This document shows, piece after piece, positions 9,026 to 18,657 of a stretch of 64,000 bases of DNA (within the stretch, counting starts at the first letter, position 1; each line of letters starts with the position of its first letter). The notes beneath the pieces are model-generated. The model ran no database searches, was not told the DNA's origin, and saw nothing but the letters and a program-made list of their open reading frames with translations. The stretch spans positions 992,001 to 1,056,000 of the forward strand of contig CAWGVS010000006.1 of NCBI GenBank assembly GCA_963826115.1, read 5' to 3'. The stretch comes from an uncultured Candidatus Rokubacteria bacterium. GTDB taxonomy: Bacteria; Methylomirabilota; Methylomirabilia; Rokubacteriales; DASRDR01. The translations under genes were made by a program, and so were the position numbers.

Positions 9026-9518
9026 GCTCTGCCGTTCGTGGCGTCCGATGAGGGCCATGGCGTGCGGCGGCGCGTTGGCGATGCTGGTCACGGCGCTGCC
9101 GTCGGAGGTGTCGTGGGCCCAGGGCGCGGTCGGCGGTGTGACGCGGTCCCCGGACGAGGTCATCGACGTCTCCCTCGGCGCGATCGAGGGGCCCGTCCTC
9201 CAGCCCATCTGGGTTCCCCCGGGAACGCCGCGGGGGATACCGGCGTCCCCGCCCTACAAGCAGGAGCCTCCGGCCGCGCAGCGGGATTTCCGAGCCCTGT
9301 CGTCGACGGGGTCGGTGCCGCCGCCGAATCCGGGCAAGGGCGGCGGCCAGCCCGGTGGCGGAACGGGGGGCGGCTCGGCCGGCCCACCGGGGCAATTTCC
9401 CCCCGGGCAGTTTCCACCACCCAACATCGATCCCACGCCGCCGAACGTCGGACTTCCTCCGCCGGGTCCTGGTCTTCCGCCGCCCGGACCCTTCCTGCGC
9501 CCCGCCCGCGTGCGATAG
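9015..9518 (+). CDS. Small secreted Pro-rich hypothetical protein
   Basis: Overlaps the barrel gene stop; signal-like ALAMLVTALPSEVSWAQ; PPGQFPPGQFPP repeat; start uncertain. Confidence 0.55.
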   Translation: MHIELCRSWRPMRAMACGGALAMLVTALPSEVSWAQGAVGGVTRSPDEVIDVSLGAIEGPVLQPIWVPPGTPRGIPASPPYKQEPPAAQRDFRALSSTGSVPPPNPGKGGGQPGGGTGGGSAGPPGQFPPGQFPPPNIDPTPPNVGLPPPGPGLPPPGPFLRPARVR

Positions 9519-9606
9519 GGAGCCTCCGCGCACCCACGCCCCGCGGGAGCGCGTGCGCGTGCTGCCGGCGTGGGCAGGCCTCGTTGCTCCTCTAGGAGGG
9601 ATGCGA

Positions 9607-10392
9607 ATGGACCTCGGTCTCCAGGGCAAGGCTGCGATCATTACCGGCGGCAGTGACGGCCTCGGCCTGGCCACGGCGCGGCGCCTGGCGGCCGAGGGGG
9701 CGGCGGTGGCGATCTGCGGGCGCGACGCGGCGCGCCTCGCGCGCGCCGCGGAGACGCTACGGGCGGACGGCGCGCCCGTGCTCGACGTTCACTGCGACGT
9801 CACGCGTCCCGAAGATCTCGAGCGGCTCGTGGGATCGGCCGTCGAGCGGTTCGGCCGGGTCGACATCCTTATCAACAACGCCGGCACGTCGGCGGCCCGC
9901 GGCTTCGACACCGTGGACGACGCGGCATGGCAGGCCGATCTCGAGCTCAAGCTCTTCGGCGCCGTGCGCTGCGTGCGGCTCTGCGTGCCTCACATGCGCC
10001 GCCACGGCGGCGGCCGCATCGTGAACATCCTGAACACGGGCGCCAAGACGCCCGGCGCGCGCTCGATGCCCACCTCGGTGAGCCGCGCCGCGGGGCTCGC
10101 GCTCACGAAGGCGCTCTCGAAGGAGCTGGCGCCGGACGGCATCCTCGTCAACGCCGTCTGCATCGGGCTGGTCAAGAGCGGCCAGTGGGAGCGGAGCTGG
10201 GCCAAGGAGGGCCGCCCGGGCACGCTCGACGCCTACTACGAGCGCCTGGCCCGGGAGCGCGGGGTCCCCGTCGGCCGTATCGGCGAGGCCGACGAGCTCG
10301 GGGCCCTGGTGGCGTTCCTGGTCTCCGCGCCCGCCGCGTTCATCACGGGCGTCGCCATCAACTTCGACGGCGGCAATTCCGCCGTCGTCTGA
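9607..10392 (+). CDS. SDR family oxidoreductase (atypical active site)
   Basis: TGGSDGLG, NNAG; YxxxK replaced by TSVSR; RBS AGGAGG. Confidence 0.9.
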   Translation: MDLGLQGKAAIITGGSDGLGLATARRLAAEGAAVAICGRDAARLARAAETLRADGAPVLDVHCDVTRPEDLERLVGSAVERFGRVDILINNAGTSAARGFDTVDDAAWQADLELKLFGAVRCVRLCVPHMRRHGGGRIVNILNTGAKTPGARSMPTSVSRAAGLALTKALSKELAPDGILVNAVCIGLVKSGQWERSWAKEGRPGTLDAYYERLARERGVPVGRIGEADELGALVAFLVSAPAAFITGVAINFDGGNSAVV

Positions 10393-10404
10393 GGCGGTCG
10401 GGCG

Positions 10405-12219
10405 TCAACGGCGGACGCGGTACACGCGCGCCCCCGTCGACTCGAAGACCAGGTCGAGGCCAGGCGGGGCCGGCGCCGGAACGCGGAAGCCCTCGACGCC
10501 GTCGGTCACGTCCAGGACGTGGGTGAACGCGAGCTGGTCGAGCTGCGCCAGCGCCGCAGGTAGATCGTGCACGCCGTCGACCGGCCGCTCGCCGTATGGC
10601 CCCACGAGCTTCACGTAGTCGTGGTGGAGAAAGTAGGGCGGCGGACTCGGGCCGAGGATCAGAACCCGGCAGGGCGCGGGCATCCGGTTCAGGTATGCGA
10701 ACGCGTCGGCGTAGGGGACTCTCTCTCGCCAGCGGGCCTCGTCGCGGCGGCCATCGAGCACGCTCGCGGCGGCGGGCACATAGGTCCGGGCGAGGACGGC
10801 CGCACCGTAGGCCACGGAGATCGCCAGCGCCAGGACCCACGCGAACCGGGCCCGCCGGCCGTGGCGCCTTGCGAGTGCGCTCGCCCCGGCCACTGCCAGG
10901 GCCGTCGTCAGGATCACCACCGGCGCGAGAAAGCGCGACTCCTGCTGGGCGAAGAACCAAGCCAGAGTGTTGAGGCCGATCCACAGCACGGCATAGCGCA
11001 CCGCCCGGTGACGCCAGCGGACGAGCCCCGCTGGGAAGAAGGCGAGCGGCACCACCCCGATGCCGCCCGCGCCGTGGAAGCGATGCGCGTGGTAGGTGTA
11101 GCGGAAGGGCAGGAGCGCCAGGTCCCACGCGGTCCGGCCGAACCCCCGGCCCCGCACTTCGAGGTAGCGCACCCAGTCGACGCTCGCGTCGGCCGGGAAC
11201 GCTCGGGGCCGGCCCAGCCGCGCGAGTGCGGGCGTGGGTGGATAGATCGGGACGCCGAGGATCAGGTAGTTCCGGAGATAGAAGGGGAGCGCCACCACCG
11301 CGGCCAACGCCGCCGCCTCGGCGGCCAGCCCGATCGCCTCGCGCGCGCCGCTCCGGCGCCAACGATGTACCAGCGCCAGGGCGAGGGTGATCGGCGCCAT
11401 CATCAGGCCGTTGTACTTCGTGCCCATCGCGAGGCCGAGGAACAGGGCGCCGACCCGGAACCACCCGCGAGACGCTCGGTCCTCGAGGAGGAGCCTCACC
11501 GCGGCGAGGACGAAGCCCGCATACTCGAGATCGACGAAGGCGACGGTCACGAGGTCCGTGAGGGCCGGCATCGTGGCGACGAGCAGCGCGGCCGCGGCTG
11601 CCCATGCCGCCCCGGCGCCGAGCCAGCGGACGAGCCCCGCGGCCTGCACGACCACCGCCGAGCCGAGCAGGAGCCCGACGACCCCCGGCGCCCGCTCGTT
11701 GGCGAGCGCCATCCCGGCCCCGAACAGGAGCTCGACGACTGCCGGGAAGGCGGTGTGGGACATGTCGAGAACCGGCTCGATGCGACCGTGGCGCAGCCAC
11801 ATCGCCGGTCCGAGCAGGTGATACGAGATCCCGTCGTGGCCGATGTTGCCGACGGGCCGGGCCAGGGAGGCCAGGACCAGGACGAGGAGCGCCGGGGCCA
11901 GAACGAGCCACACGAGCGAACGGGGCGGCTCGAGGGCGCGGAACGTCGCGGCGAGCGCGGTGCGCTCGGCCCGGGGCAGCATCGGAAGCAGGCCGGCGGC
12001 GGCGCAGACCGCGACGGTGAGGGCCGAGAACCAGAGCTGCCCGACGAGGAACAACCCGACCGCTTCGGCGCCCGCCCCCGCCAGGACGGACAGGGCGAGC
12101 GTCTCCGCGGCGCCGAGCCCGGCGCGGACCGGGCGGAGGAGCCGAAACCCCAGCGTGGTCCAGGTCAGGCCGAGGAACGCGACCGCGCCGAGCGCCCACA
12201 GACTCTCGACGATGATCAT
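10405..12219 (-). CDS. Multi-pass membrane GT-C fold glycosyltransferase-like protein (PMT/ArnT-like)
   Basis: >10 TM segments, D..SYHL luminal loop, GTKYNG, YLRN...G.PIYP, RF motif, soluble C-terminal tail. Confidence 0.7.
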   Translation of the reverse strand: MIIVESLWALGAVAFLGLTWTTLGFRLLRPVRAGLGAAETLALSVLAGAGAEAVGLFLVGQLWFSALTVAVCAAAGLLPMLPRAERTALAATFRALEPPRSLVWLVLAPALLVLVLASLARPVGNIGHDGISYHLLGPAMWLRHGRIEPVLDMSHTAFPAVVELLFGAGMALANERAPGVVGLLLGSAVVVQAAGLVRWLGAGAAWAAAAALLVATMPALTDLVTVAFVDLEYAGFVLAAVRLLLEDRASRGWFRVGALFLGLAMGTKYNGLMMAPITLALALVHRWRRSGAREAIGLAAEAAALAAVVALPFYLRNYLILGVPIYPPTPALARLGRPRAFPADASVDWVRYLEVRGRGFGRTAWDLALLPFRYTYHAHRFHGAGGIGVVPLAFFPAGLVRWRHRAVRYAVLWIGLNTLAWFFAQQESRFLAPVVILTTALAVAGASALARRHGRRARFAWVLALAISVAYGAAVLARTYVPAAASVLDGRRDEARWRERVPYADAFAYLNRMPAPCRVLILGPSPPPYFLHHDYVKLVGPYGERPVDGVHDLPAALAQLDQLAFTHVLDVTDGVEGFRVPAPAPPGLDLVFESTGARVYRVRR

Positions 12220-12419
12220 CCGCCGGCGAGAAGACTTCGGAGGTGGGTGAAGGTCTCAGAGCTCGCGACGCGCTCCCAGAGGAAGCCCGCGGCCACGCCG
12301 AGCGCCCACAGGACGAGGATGGGATCGATCCAGCCGTCCAGGCGACGCGGGGTCTCGCCGGAGCCGATGCTCGATCGCACTGCCTCCGGACGACGGGCGG
12401 GGCCGACCGCCTCGCTCAT
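12216..12419 (-). CDS. Small single-TM protein translationally coupled to the GT-C gene
   Basis: 67 aa, one hydrophobic helix (ILVLWALGVAAGFLW); ATGA overlap with the downstream start. Confidence 0.5.
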   Translation of the reverse strand: MSEAVGPARRPEAVRSSIGSGETPRRLDGWIDPILVLWALGVAAGFLWERVASSETFTHLRSLLAGG

Positions 12420-12685
12420 CGAGTCAGGAGGCTCTCGCCGGACGAGGCGCGGTCGCGCCCGTCGGTCGGTCCCCGCGAGTGCGTAGCGCATCCCGCGAAC
12501 GCCGAGCAAGAGGAGACGGCGCACTCGGCGGGCGATCGGTCGCCTTGCCCCACGCGTCTGAGGGTGATGTATCGTGGGAGTAGGGATCGAGCCGACACTC
12601 CTCTCGACCCCGGAGCGGCACCGCGACATGATCGCGTCTGTCTGACCGGGGTCACCCACCTCCGAGCGCCGACGGAGCCGGGTGC

Positions 12686-13063
12686 ATGCTGCAGCTTGAC
12701 GAGATGCTGAGGGGCGTGCGGTACCTTGGGCAGATCCCCCGCTTCCTCCGGCAGCCGCTCGGCGCGGACGAGGTCTGGTCCCTCCTCCATCGCCGCTTCG
12801 AGCGCCGGGCGGCCGACTTCCTCAGCTTCCTCCCCGCCGTCAGCTCGGCGGGCCCGCCGACGAATCATCCCTACCGGCGGCTCCTCGCGCTGTCCACGTG
12901 TGAGTACCAAGACGTGGAGAAGTTGGTCGACGGGAAGGGCGCCGAGGGTGCGCTCCAGGCGCCGGCGCCTCGGGCGGATTCGTCGGCCGCATCCCGTCCT
13001 AGCCACCGTCAACGATCCCGGCCGATTCTACCCTGGGCCGGTTTCGTGCGGGAGGAAGGGTGA
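12686..13063 (+). pseudogene. Probable truncated gene remnant (N-terminal fragment)
   Basis: Protein-like for ~90 aa (PYRRLL...CEYQDVEKLV..KG.EGALQ), then degenerates; isolated in a long intergenic region. Confidence 0.4.
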
Positions 13064-13367
13064 CAGCCCGTGTCTCGACGCCTTCGTGATCTCCGTGGTG
13101 CGTCTGCCCACGTGCTGTTGCGGCGAAGCCACCGACTTCCAGCTGGTGGCGCGGGACGAGGCCGTCGACTCCCGCCTGGGGCTCAGGCTCGCGTCTGCCC
13201 CGAGGTCAGCACGGTCGGCCCGGCACGGAGCGTGTAATGGGACTCCTGTGGCAGGATACCCGCGTGGTTCGCCTCGAGTGCCGGCCGCCGTTCACGACCG
13301 CGACGGGAGATAGCCTCGACTTCCACGGCGAGAGGCACGGGTCGCGCGCGGCCCAGGTAGGAGCGGG

Positions 13368-16070
13368 ATGACCAAGTACGTCTACTTCTTCGGGGCGGGC
13401 CGCGCCGAGGGCTCCTCGGTGATGCGCAACCTCCTCGGCGGCAAGGGCTGCGAGCTCGCCGAGATGACGAACCTCGGCATCCCGGTGCCGCCCGGCTTCA
13501 CCATCACGACGCAGGCCTGGGTCCACCGCCAGCGTGCCGGGCGGACGTGGCCGGATGGGCTGTGGGAGCAGATCCTGGAGCACCTCCAGCGCCTCGAGCA
13601 GGTGGCCGACGCGCGGTTCGGCGATCCCGAGCGCCCGCTCCTCGTGTCGGTCCGGTCGGGCGCCCGCGTCTCGATGCCCGGGATGATGGAGACCATCCTG
13701 AACCTCGGACTCAACGACGCGAGCGTCGAGGGGCTGGCGGCGCGCACGGGCAACGAGCGCTTCGCCTGGGACTGCTACCGCCGCTTCATCACGATGTTCT
13801 CGAGCGTGGTCCTCGGAGTGAAGCGCGAGATCTTCGCCGAGCACCTCGACGCCATGAAGGCGCGTCTGGGCGTCGCGGACGCCGGCGTCCCCGCCGGAGA
13901 GCTGCGGAAGCTCGTGCAGGCGTATCACGAGGAGATCGTGGCTCGGACCGGGAGCGCGTTCCCCCAGGACGTGCGCGAGCAGCTCCGTCTCGCGGTCGAC
14001 TCCGTCTTCGATTCCTGGCACGCGAAGAAGGCGACGGAGTACCGCCGCATCCACGGCGTGCCCGAGGAGTGGGGCACCGCGGTGACGGTCATGGCCATGG
14101 TGTTCGGGAACCTCGGCGAGACCTCGGGGACCGGGGTCGGCTTCACGCGGGACCCGCGCACCGGAGAGTCGCGCTTCTACGCGGAGTTCCTGCCGAACGC
14201 CCAGGGCGAGGACGTGGTGGCGGGCATCCGGACCCCGCTCCCGATCGAAGCGCTTCGGGACCGGATGCCACCGGTGTACGCCGAGCTCATCGAGATCGCC
14301 ACGCGGCTCGAGCGGCACTACAAGGACATGCAGGACATCGAGTTCACGGTCCAGGAGGGCAAGCTCTACCTCCTGCAGACCCGGGGGGGGAAGCGCTCGG
14401 CGCGCGCAGCGGTGCGAGTGGCGGTCGACCTCGAGAAGGAGCACGTGATCGACCAGCACACCGCAATCCTCCGGGTGAAACCGCACGAGGTGAACGAGGC
14501 CATCCGCCCGGTCTTCGACGACCGGGAGAAGGCGGCCGCCATCGCGGCGGGGCGGCTCCTCGGGCGCGGGCTGGCGGCGGCGCCGGGCGCGGCGGTGGGC
14601 CGGGTGGTGTTCGACGCCGACCGGGCCGTCGAGTGGGTCAAGAACGGGCAGCACGTGATTCTGGTCCGGCCGGAGACGTCGCCCGAGGACGTGACGGGGA
14701 TGTACGCGGCGGAGGGTGTCGTCACCTCGCGCGGCGGCCGCACGTCGCACGCGGCCGTGGTCGCGGTGGGTATGGGCAAGGCATGCGTCGTCGGCGCCGC
14801 GGAGCTGGTGATCGACGAGGCCGCGCGTCGGTTCGACGTGGGCGGTCGCACCGTTCGCGAGGGCGACGTCATCTCGGTGGATGGCGGGACCGGCGAGGTC
14901 ATCGCGGACACGATCCGGACCGTCGAGGGGCGGATTGACGAGCAGATGCGGGAGCTCCTCGGGTGGGCCGACTTCTACCGCAAGGGCGGCCTCGGCGTTC
15001 GGGCCAACGCCGACACGCCGGCCGACGCCGAGCGCGCCCGCGAGTTCGGCGCCGAGGGCATCGGTCTGGTCCGTACCGAGCACATGTTCTTCGCGGCCGA
15101 ACGGCTGCCGATCGTCCGGGAGATGATCATGGCGACGGACCAGGCCGCCCGCCGCGCGGCGCTCGAGCGCCTCCGGCCGGTCCAGCGCCTGGACTTCGCC
15201 GGCATCTTCCGGGCGATGCACGGCCTCCCGGTCACCATCCGTCTCCTCGACCCGCCGCTCCACGAGTTCCTGCCGAACTGGAAGGAATACAAGGAGATGG
15301 TGGCCGAGAAGAGCCGCCTCGAGACCCTCGGCATCGAGCCCGAGGAGCAGCAACGCCTCGAGGCGATGATCGTCGCGGTGGAGCGGCTCCGCGAGGCGAA
15401 CCCGATGCTCGGGCACCGGGGGTGCCGGCTCGGCATCACGCACCCCGAGATCTACGGGATGCAGGTGCGCGCGATCATGGAGGCGGCGTGCGCCGCCGCC
15501 GAGCAGGGCGTCCGCGTGGAGCCCGAGATCATGATCCCGCTCACCGGCACCGTCGGCGAGATGAAGGAGACCTTCGAGCAGACCCGCCGGGTGGCCGACG
15601 GCGTCATCGCCGAGATGGGCGTGCAGGTGCCCTACCTCGTCGGCACCATGATCGAGGTGCCGCGCGCGGCGATCATCGCGCAGAAGATCGCCGAGTACGC
15701 CGAGTTCTTCTCGTTCGGGACCAACGATCTCACGCAGCTCACGTTCGGGTACAGCCGCGACGACGTGGCGAAGTTCCTGCCTCGCTACCTCGACATGGGG
15801 CTCGTGCCCGCCGACCCCTTCGCGGTGCTGGACCAGGAGGGGGTGGGCGAGCTGATCGCCCTGGGGATCGACCGCGGGCGCCGGCGCCGGCCCGACCTGA
15901 AGGTCGGGATCTGCGGAGAGCACGGCGGCGAGGCCTCGTCGGTGGAGTTCTGCCACAAGGTCGGCATGAACTATGTCTCGTGCTCCCCGTACCTCATTCC
16001 CGGCGCGCGGCTGGCCGCCGCGCAGGCCCGGATCCGGGAGCGGCTCGCCGGCGGGGGTGACCATCGCTAG
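13368..16070 (+). CDS. ppdK: Pyruvate, phosphate dikinase
   Basis: LLGGKG, PLLVSVRSGA..SMPGMM, phospho-His motif GG.TSHAAVVA, GTNDLTQ, GICGEHGG. Confidence 0.98.
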   Translation: MTKYVYFFGAGRAEGSSVMRNLLGGKGCELAEMTNLGIPVPPGFTITTQAWVHRQRAGRTWPDGLWEQILEHLQRLEQVADARFGDPERPLLVSVRSGARVSMPGMMETILNLGLNDASVEGLAARTGNERFAWDCYRRFITMFSSVVLGVKREIFAEHLDAMKARLGVADAGVPAGELRKLVQAYHEEIVARTGSAFPQDVREQLRLAVDSVFDSWHAKKATEYRRIHGVPEEWGTAVTVMAMVFGNLGETSGTGVGFTRDPRTGESRFYAEFLPNAQGEDVVAGIRTPLPIEALRDRMPPVYAELIEIATRLERHYKDMQDIEFTVQEGKLYLLQTRGGKRSARAAVRVAVDLEKEHVIDQHTAILRVKPHEVNEAIRPVFDDREKAAAIAAGRLLGRGLAAAPGAAVGRVVFDADRAVEWVKNGQHVILVRPETSPEDVTGMYAAEGVVTSRGGRTSHAAVVAVGMGKACVVGAAELVIDEAARRFDVGGRTVREGDVISVDGGTGEVIADTIRTVEGRIDEQMRELLGWADFYRKGGLGVRANADTPADAERAREFGAEGIGLVRTEHMFFAAERLPIVREMIMATDQAARRAALERLRPVQRLDFAGIFRAMHGLPVTIRLLDPPLHEFLPNWKEYKEMVAEKSRLETLGIEPEEQQRLEAMIVAVERLREANPMLGHRGCRLGITHPEIYGMQVRAIMEAACAAAEQGVRVEPEIMIPLTGTVGEMKETFEQTRRVADGVIAEMGVQVPYLVGTMIEVPRAAIIAQKIAEYAEFFSFGTNDLTQLTFGYSRDDVAKFLPRYLDMGLVPADPFAVLDQEGVGELIALGIDRGRRRRPDLKVGICGEHGGEASSVEFCHKVGMNYVSCSPYLIPGARLAAAQARIRERLAGGGDHR

Positions 16071-16112
16071 GCCGCCGCGCTTCTCGGCGCGGACCACGGG
16101 CGAGCCCGGCCG

Positions 16113-17165
16113 ATGAGCGTGCGCTTCGGCCTCAGCGTGCCGAACCGGGGCCTCGTCATCGGGGCGGGGAACCCGAAGGACCTGGTCGCGATGTGCGAGG
16201 CCGCCGACGCCTCGGAACTCTTCGACGCCGTCTTCACCGGCGACAACCTGGTCTCGAAGCCCCGCCTCGACGCCATCGTCTTCCTCTCGCTGGTCGCCGG
16301 ACGGACCCGCCGCGTCACGCTCGGGACCGCCTGCATGGCGAGCTTCGTCTTCCGTCACCCGATCGTCCTGGCCAACCAGTGGGCCGCCCTCGACTACCTG
16401 AGCGACGGGCGCACGCTCCTCGTGGCGTGCATCGGGGGCGGACCGGACACGCGCCGGGGGCCGCCCTCGCCGAGCGGGGCGAAGTGGGCGACGGAGTTCG
16501 CGGCCATGGGCGTGCCGGTCGCCGAGCGCGTCGGCCGGATGGTCGAGGGGATGGCGATCCTGCGGGCGCTCTGGACCGGGGAGTCGGTCACGCACCACGG
16601 CCGCTTCTACCGGTTCGACGACGTGCGGATCCACGTGACGCCGGTGCAGCACCCCTGTCCGATCGCGATCGCGTCGAATCCGCGGCCGCCCCACGCGGAC
16701 GAGGCCACGATCGACCGGGCGCTCCGGCGCGTGGGCGAGATCGGGGACGGCTGGCAGGTCGAGATGAGCACGCCCGAGGAGTTCGGCGAGCGCTGGACGC
16801 GGATCCGGAGCTACGCGCGCGCCGCCGGGCGGAGCCCGCTGCCGGACGCCTCGATGATCCACTTCTACGTGAACGTCCAGGACCGGAGCCAGGCCGCCTT
16901 CGACGAGGCGCGCCGCTTCTACGAGGCGTACCACCTGGGGACGTTCCCGGAGGACTACCTCCGGTGGCGGCTCGTCACCGGCACGCCGACCGAGGTCACC
17001 GAGCGGCTGGCCGGCTTTCTCGACGCGGGCTGCACCTTGCCCATCCTCCGATTCGCGAGCTGGGACCCGGCGGGCCAGATGCGGCGGGCGATGGCCACCG
17101 TGCTGCCCGCCCTCCGCGACCACGCCGCGCGCCTCGCGGCGCGGCCGATCGAGTCGGGCCGGTAG
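16113..17165 (+). CDS. LLM-class flavin-dependent oxidoreductase
   Basis: FGLSVPNRG, T.RVTLGT, ALDYLSDGR, H.GRFY. Confidence 0.9.
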   Translation: MSVRFGLSVPNRGLVIGAGNPKDLVAMCEAADASELFDAVFTGDNLVSKPRLDAIVFLSLVAGRTRRVTLGTACMASFVFRHPIVLANQWAALDYLSDGRTLLVACIGGGPDTRRGPPSPSGAKWATEFAAMGVPVAERVGRMVEGMAILRALWTGESVTHHGRFYRFDDVRIHVTPVQHPCPIAIASNPRPPHADEATIDRALRRVGEIGDGWQVEMSTPEEFGERWTRIRSYARAAGRSPLPDASMIHFYVNVQDRSQAAFDEARRFYEAYHLGTFPEDYLRWRLVTGTPTEVTERLAGFLDAGCTLPILRFASWDPAGQMRRAMATVLPALRDHAARLAARPIESGR

Positions 17166-17187
17166 GCGGGACCCGTCGACGGCGCCG

Positions 17188-17898
17188 ATGGAGGCCGAGC
17201 CGAGCCCCTTCCGGCTGTTCTGCCCCGCGTGCGGCGCCGACTCCGATTCGGCGGACGCCGTGTTCGTCCTGGAGTCGCTCGCCCTCGTGGTGGAGGCCGA
17301 TCTCCCTCTGCTGGCCACGCAGTGCAAGACCTGCGGGACCGCCGCCGACGTCGTCATCTGGCCGAGCGAGCCCGGGCTGGTGGGCCGCGTGCTCGCGGAG
17401 GGCGAGGGACCCGAGCCCGGGGAAGCCACGCTCCTCGGCCGCTACGCGGCGCTCGTCGACGGCTTCGAGCGCCAGGTTCGCGCCCAGCACGCCGCGTGGA
17501 TCGAGACGGACGACCTGGAGCCGTTGATGGCGGCGCTCGACCTCGAGGCCGTCGACCTCCCGCGGCTCCTGGCGCCGCCCCTCGATCGTGCCCTCGCCCT
17601 GCCGGCCGCGGCGCTGGCGGCGGTGCGGGGCGCCCGCCGGGCGGTCGAGGCCGAGGCCGATCTCGGCCTTCACGTGCGCGTCGGGATCGGGCACCTCACG
17701 GTCGTGTTCTCGCTCGAGGCGGGCGGCGTCCGGCACATGAGCGTGAGCGGCGTCGGCGGCACCACCCCGACGACCGTCGAGCAACACCTCGCGCTCGCCC
17801 TCTGCTATGACCCGAGCGAGCGGCTCCGCCTGACGGCGCGACCGGGCGAGGTGGTCCCGGTCGTGCACTTCTACCTGTCGGGGGCGGAGCTCGACTGA
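17188..17898 (+). CDS. Hypothetical protein with N-terminal Zn-ribbon
   Basis: CPAC...CKTC; GC3-biased coding frame. Confidence 0.65.
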   Translation: MEAEPSPFRLFCPACGADSDSADAVFVLESLALVVEADLPLLATQCKTCGTAADVVIWPSEPGLVGRVLAEGEGPEPGEATLLGRYAALVDGFERQVRAQHAAWIETDDLEPLMAALDLEAVDLPRLLAPPLDRALALPAAALAAVRGARRAVEAEADLGLHVRVGIGHLTVVFSLEAGGVRHMSVSGVGGTTPTTVEQHLALALCYDPSERLRLTARPGEVVPVVHFYLSGAELD

Positions 17899-18488
17899 CT
17901 GCCGTCGCCGGCGAGCCTCGCCTCGAGGCGGGCCTTCGCCGCCGGCCACTCGGTGTCCAGGATCGAGTAGTACACCGTGTCCCGCTGGTAACCTCGCACG
18001 TTCATGTGCTTCCGGAGGACGCCCTCGCGCACGGCCCCGAGCCGCTCGATGGCCGCCTGGGAGCGCGTGTTGCGCCCATCGGTCTTGAGCGCGACCCGAA
18101 TGCAGCCGAGGGACTCGAAGGCGTGGCGGAGGAGGAGGTACTTCGCCTCGGTGTTCGCCGGCGTCCGCCAGAAGGCGCGGGCGAGGAACGTGCTCCCGAT
18201 CTCCACCTGCCGGTCCTTCGGCCGGATGTCGAGGTATCGCGTCGATCCGATCGCCGCGCCGCTCGCGTTCCACACCTGGGCGAAGGCGACCTGCTGGCCG
18301 CGGGCCATCAGATCCTGGGCGTCCCGGATCATGGCGCGGGTCGCGTCGAGGGCCGCCGGCGGGGGCCAGGCAAGGTAGCGGCAGACCTCCTCGTCCTGCG
18401 TGGCCTCGTAGAGGCCCGGGGCGTGGCGCTCGTCCAGTGGCTCGAGCGTGACGTGGCGGCCTCTCAGGGTGACGGGTTCGATCTGCAT
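17871..18488 (-). CDS. GNAT N-acetyltransferase (RimJ/RimL-like)
   Basis: EIGST...WRT..NTEAKYLLL.HAFE, RSQAAIERLGA..EG.LR. Confidence 0.92.
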   Translation of the reverse strand: MQIEPVTLRGRHVTLEPLDERHAPGLYEATQDEEVCRYLAWPPPAALDATRAMIRDAQDLMARGQQVAFAQVWNASGAAIGSTRYLDIRPKDRQVEIGSTFLARAFWRTPANTEAKYLLLRHAFESLGCIRVALKTDGRNTRSQAAIERLGAVREGVLRKHMNVRGYQRDTVYYSILDTEWPAAKARLEARLAGDGSQSSSAPDR

Positions 18489-18657
18489 CGTCGATCCTCC
18501 CGGTGATCCCGCGCGCGTCACGCTCCGGCGAACGGGCCGAGGCGCCGGCGGATGGTCCGACCCGGTACGCTAGGACGCCGGCGGCGCCGGGACAAGGACC
18601 ACCCTGCGGCGACGGGCAGGGCCATGTGCCGGCCGGCCCGCGCCGTTCCGTCGGGGG

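Noticed and set aside
9607-10392. SDR lacking YxxxK as a novelty
   Set aside because: Atypical SDR subgroups with this substitution are well known.
13063-13367. Possible riboswitch or ncRNA upstream of ppdK
   Set aside because: No recognisable conserved motif by eye; an Rfam/Infernal scan would be needed.
13206-17429. 1407-aa minus-strand ORF and many other long Arg/Pro/Gly-rich overlapping ORFs (e.g. 36697-39849, 52894-55098)
   Set aside because: Antisense or alternate-frame shadows of real genes, expected at this GC content; no motifs.
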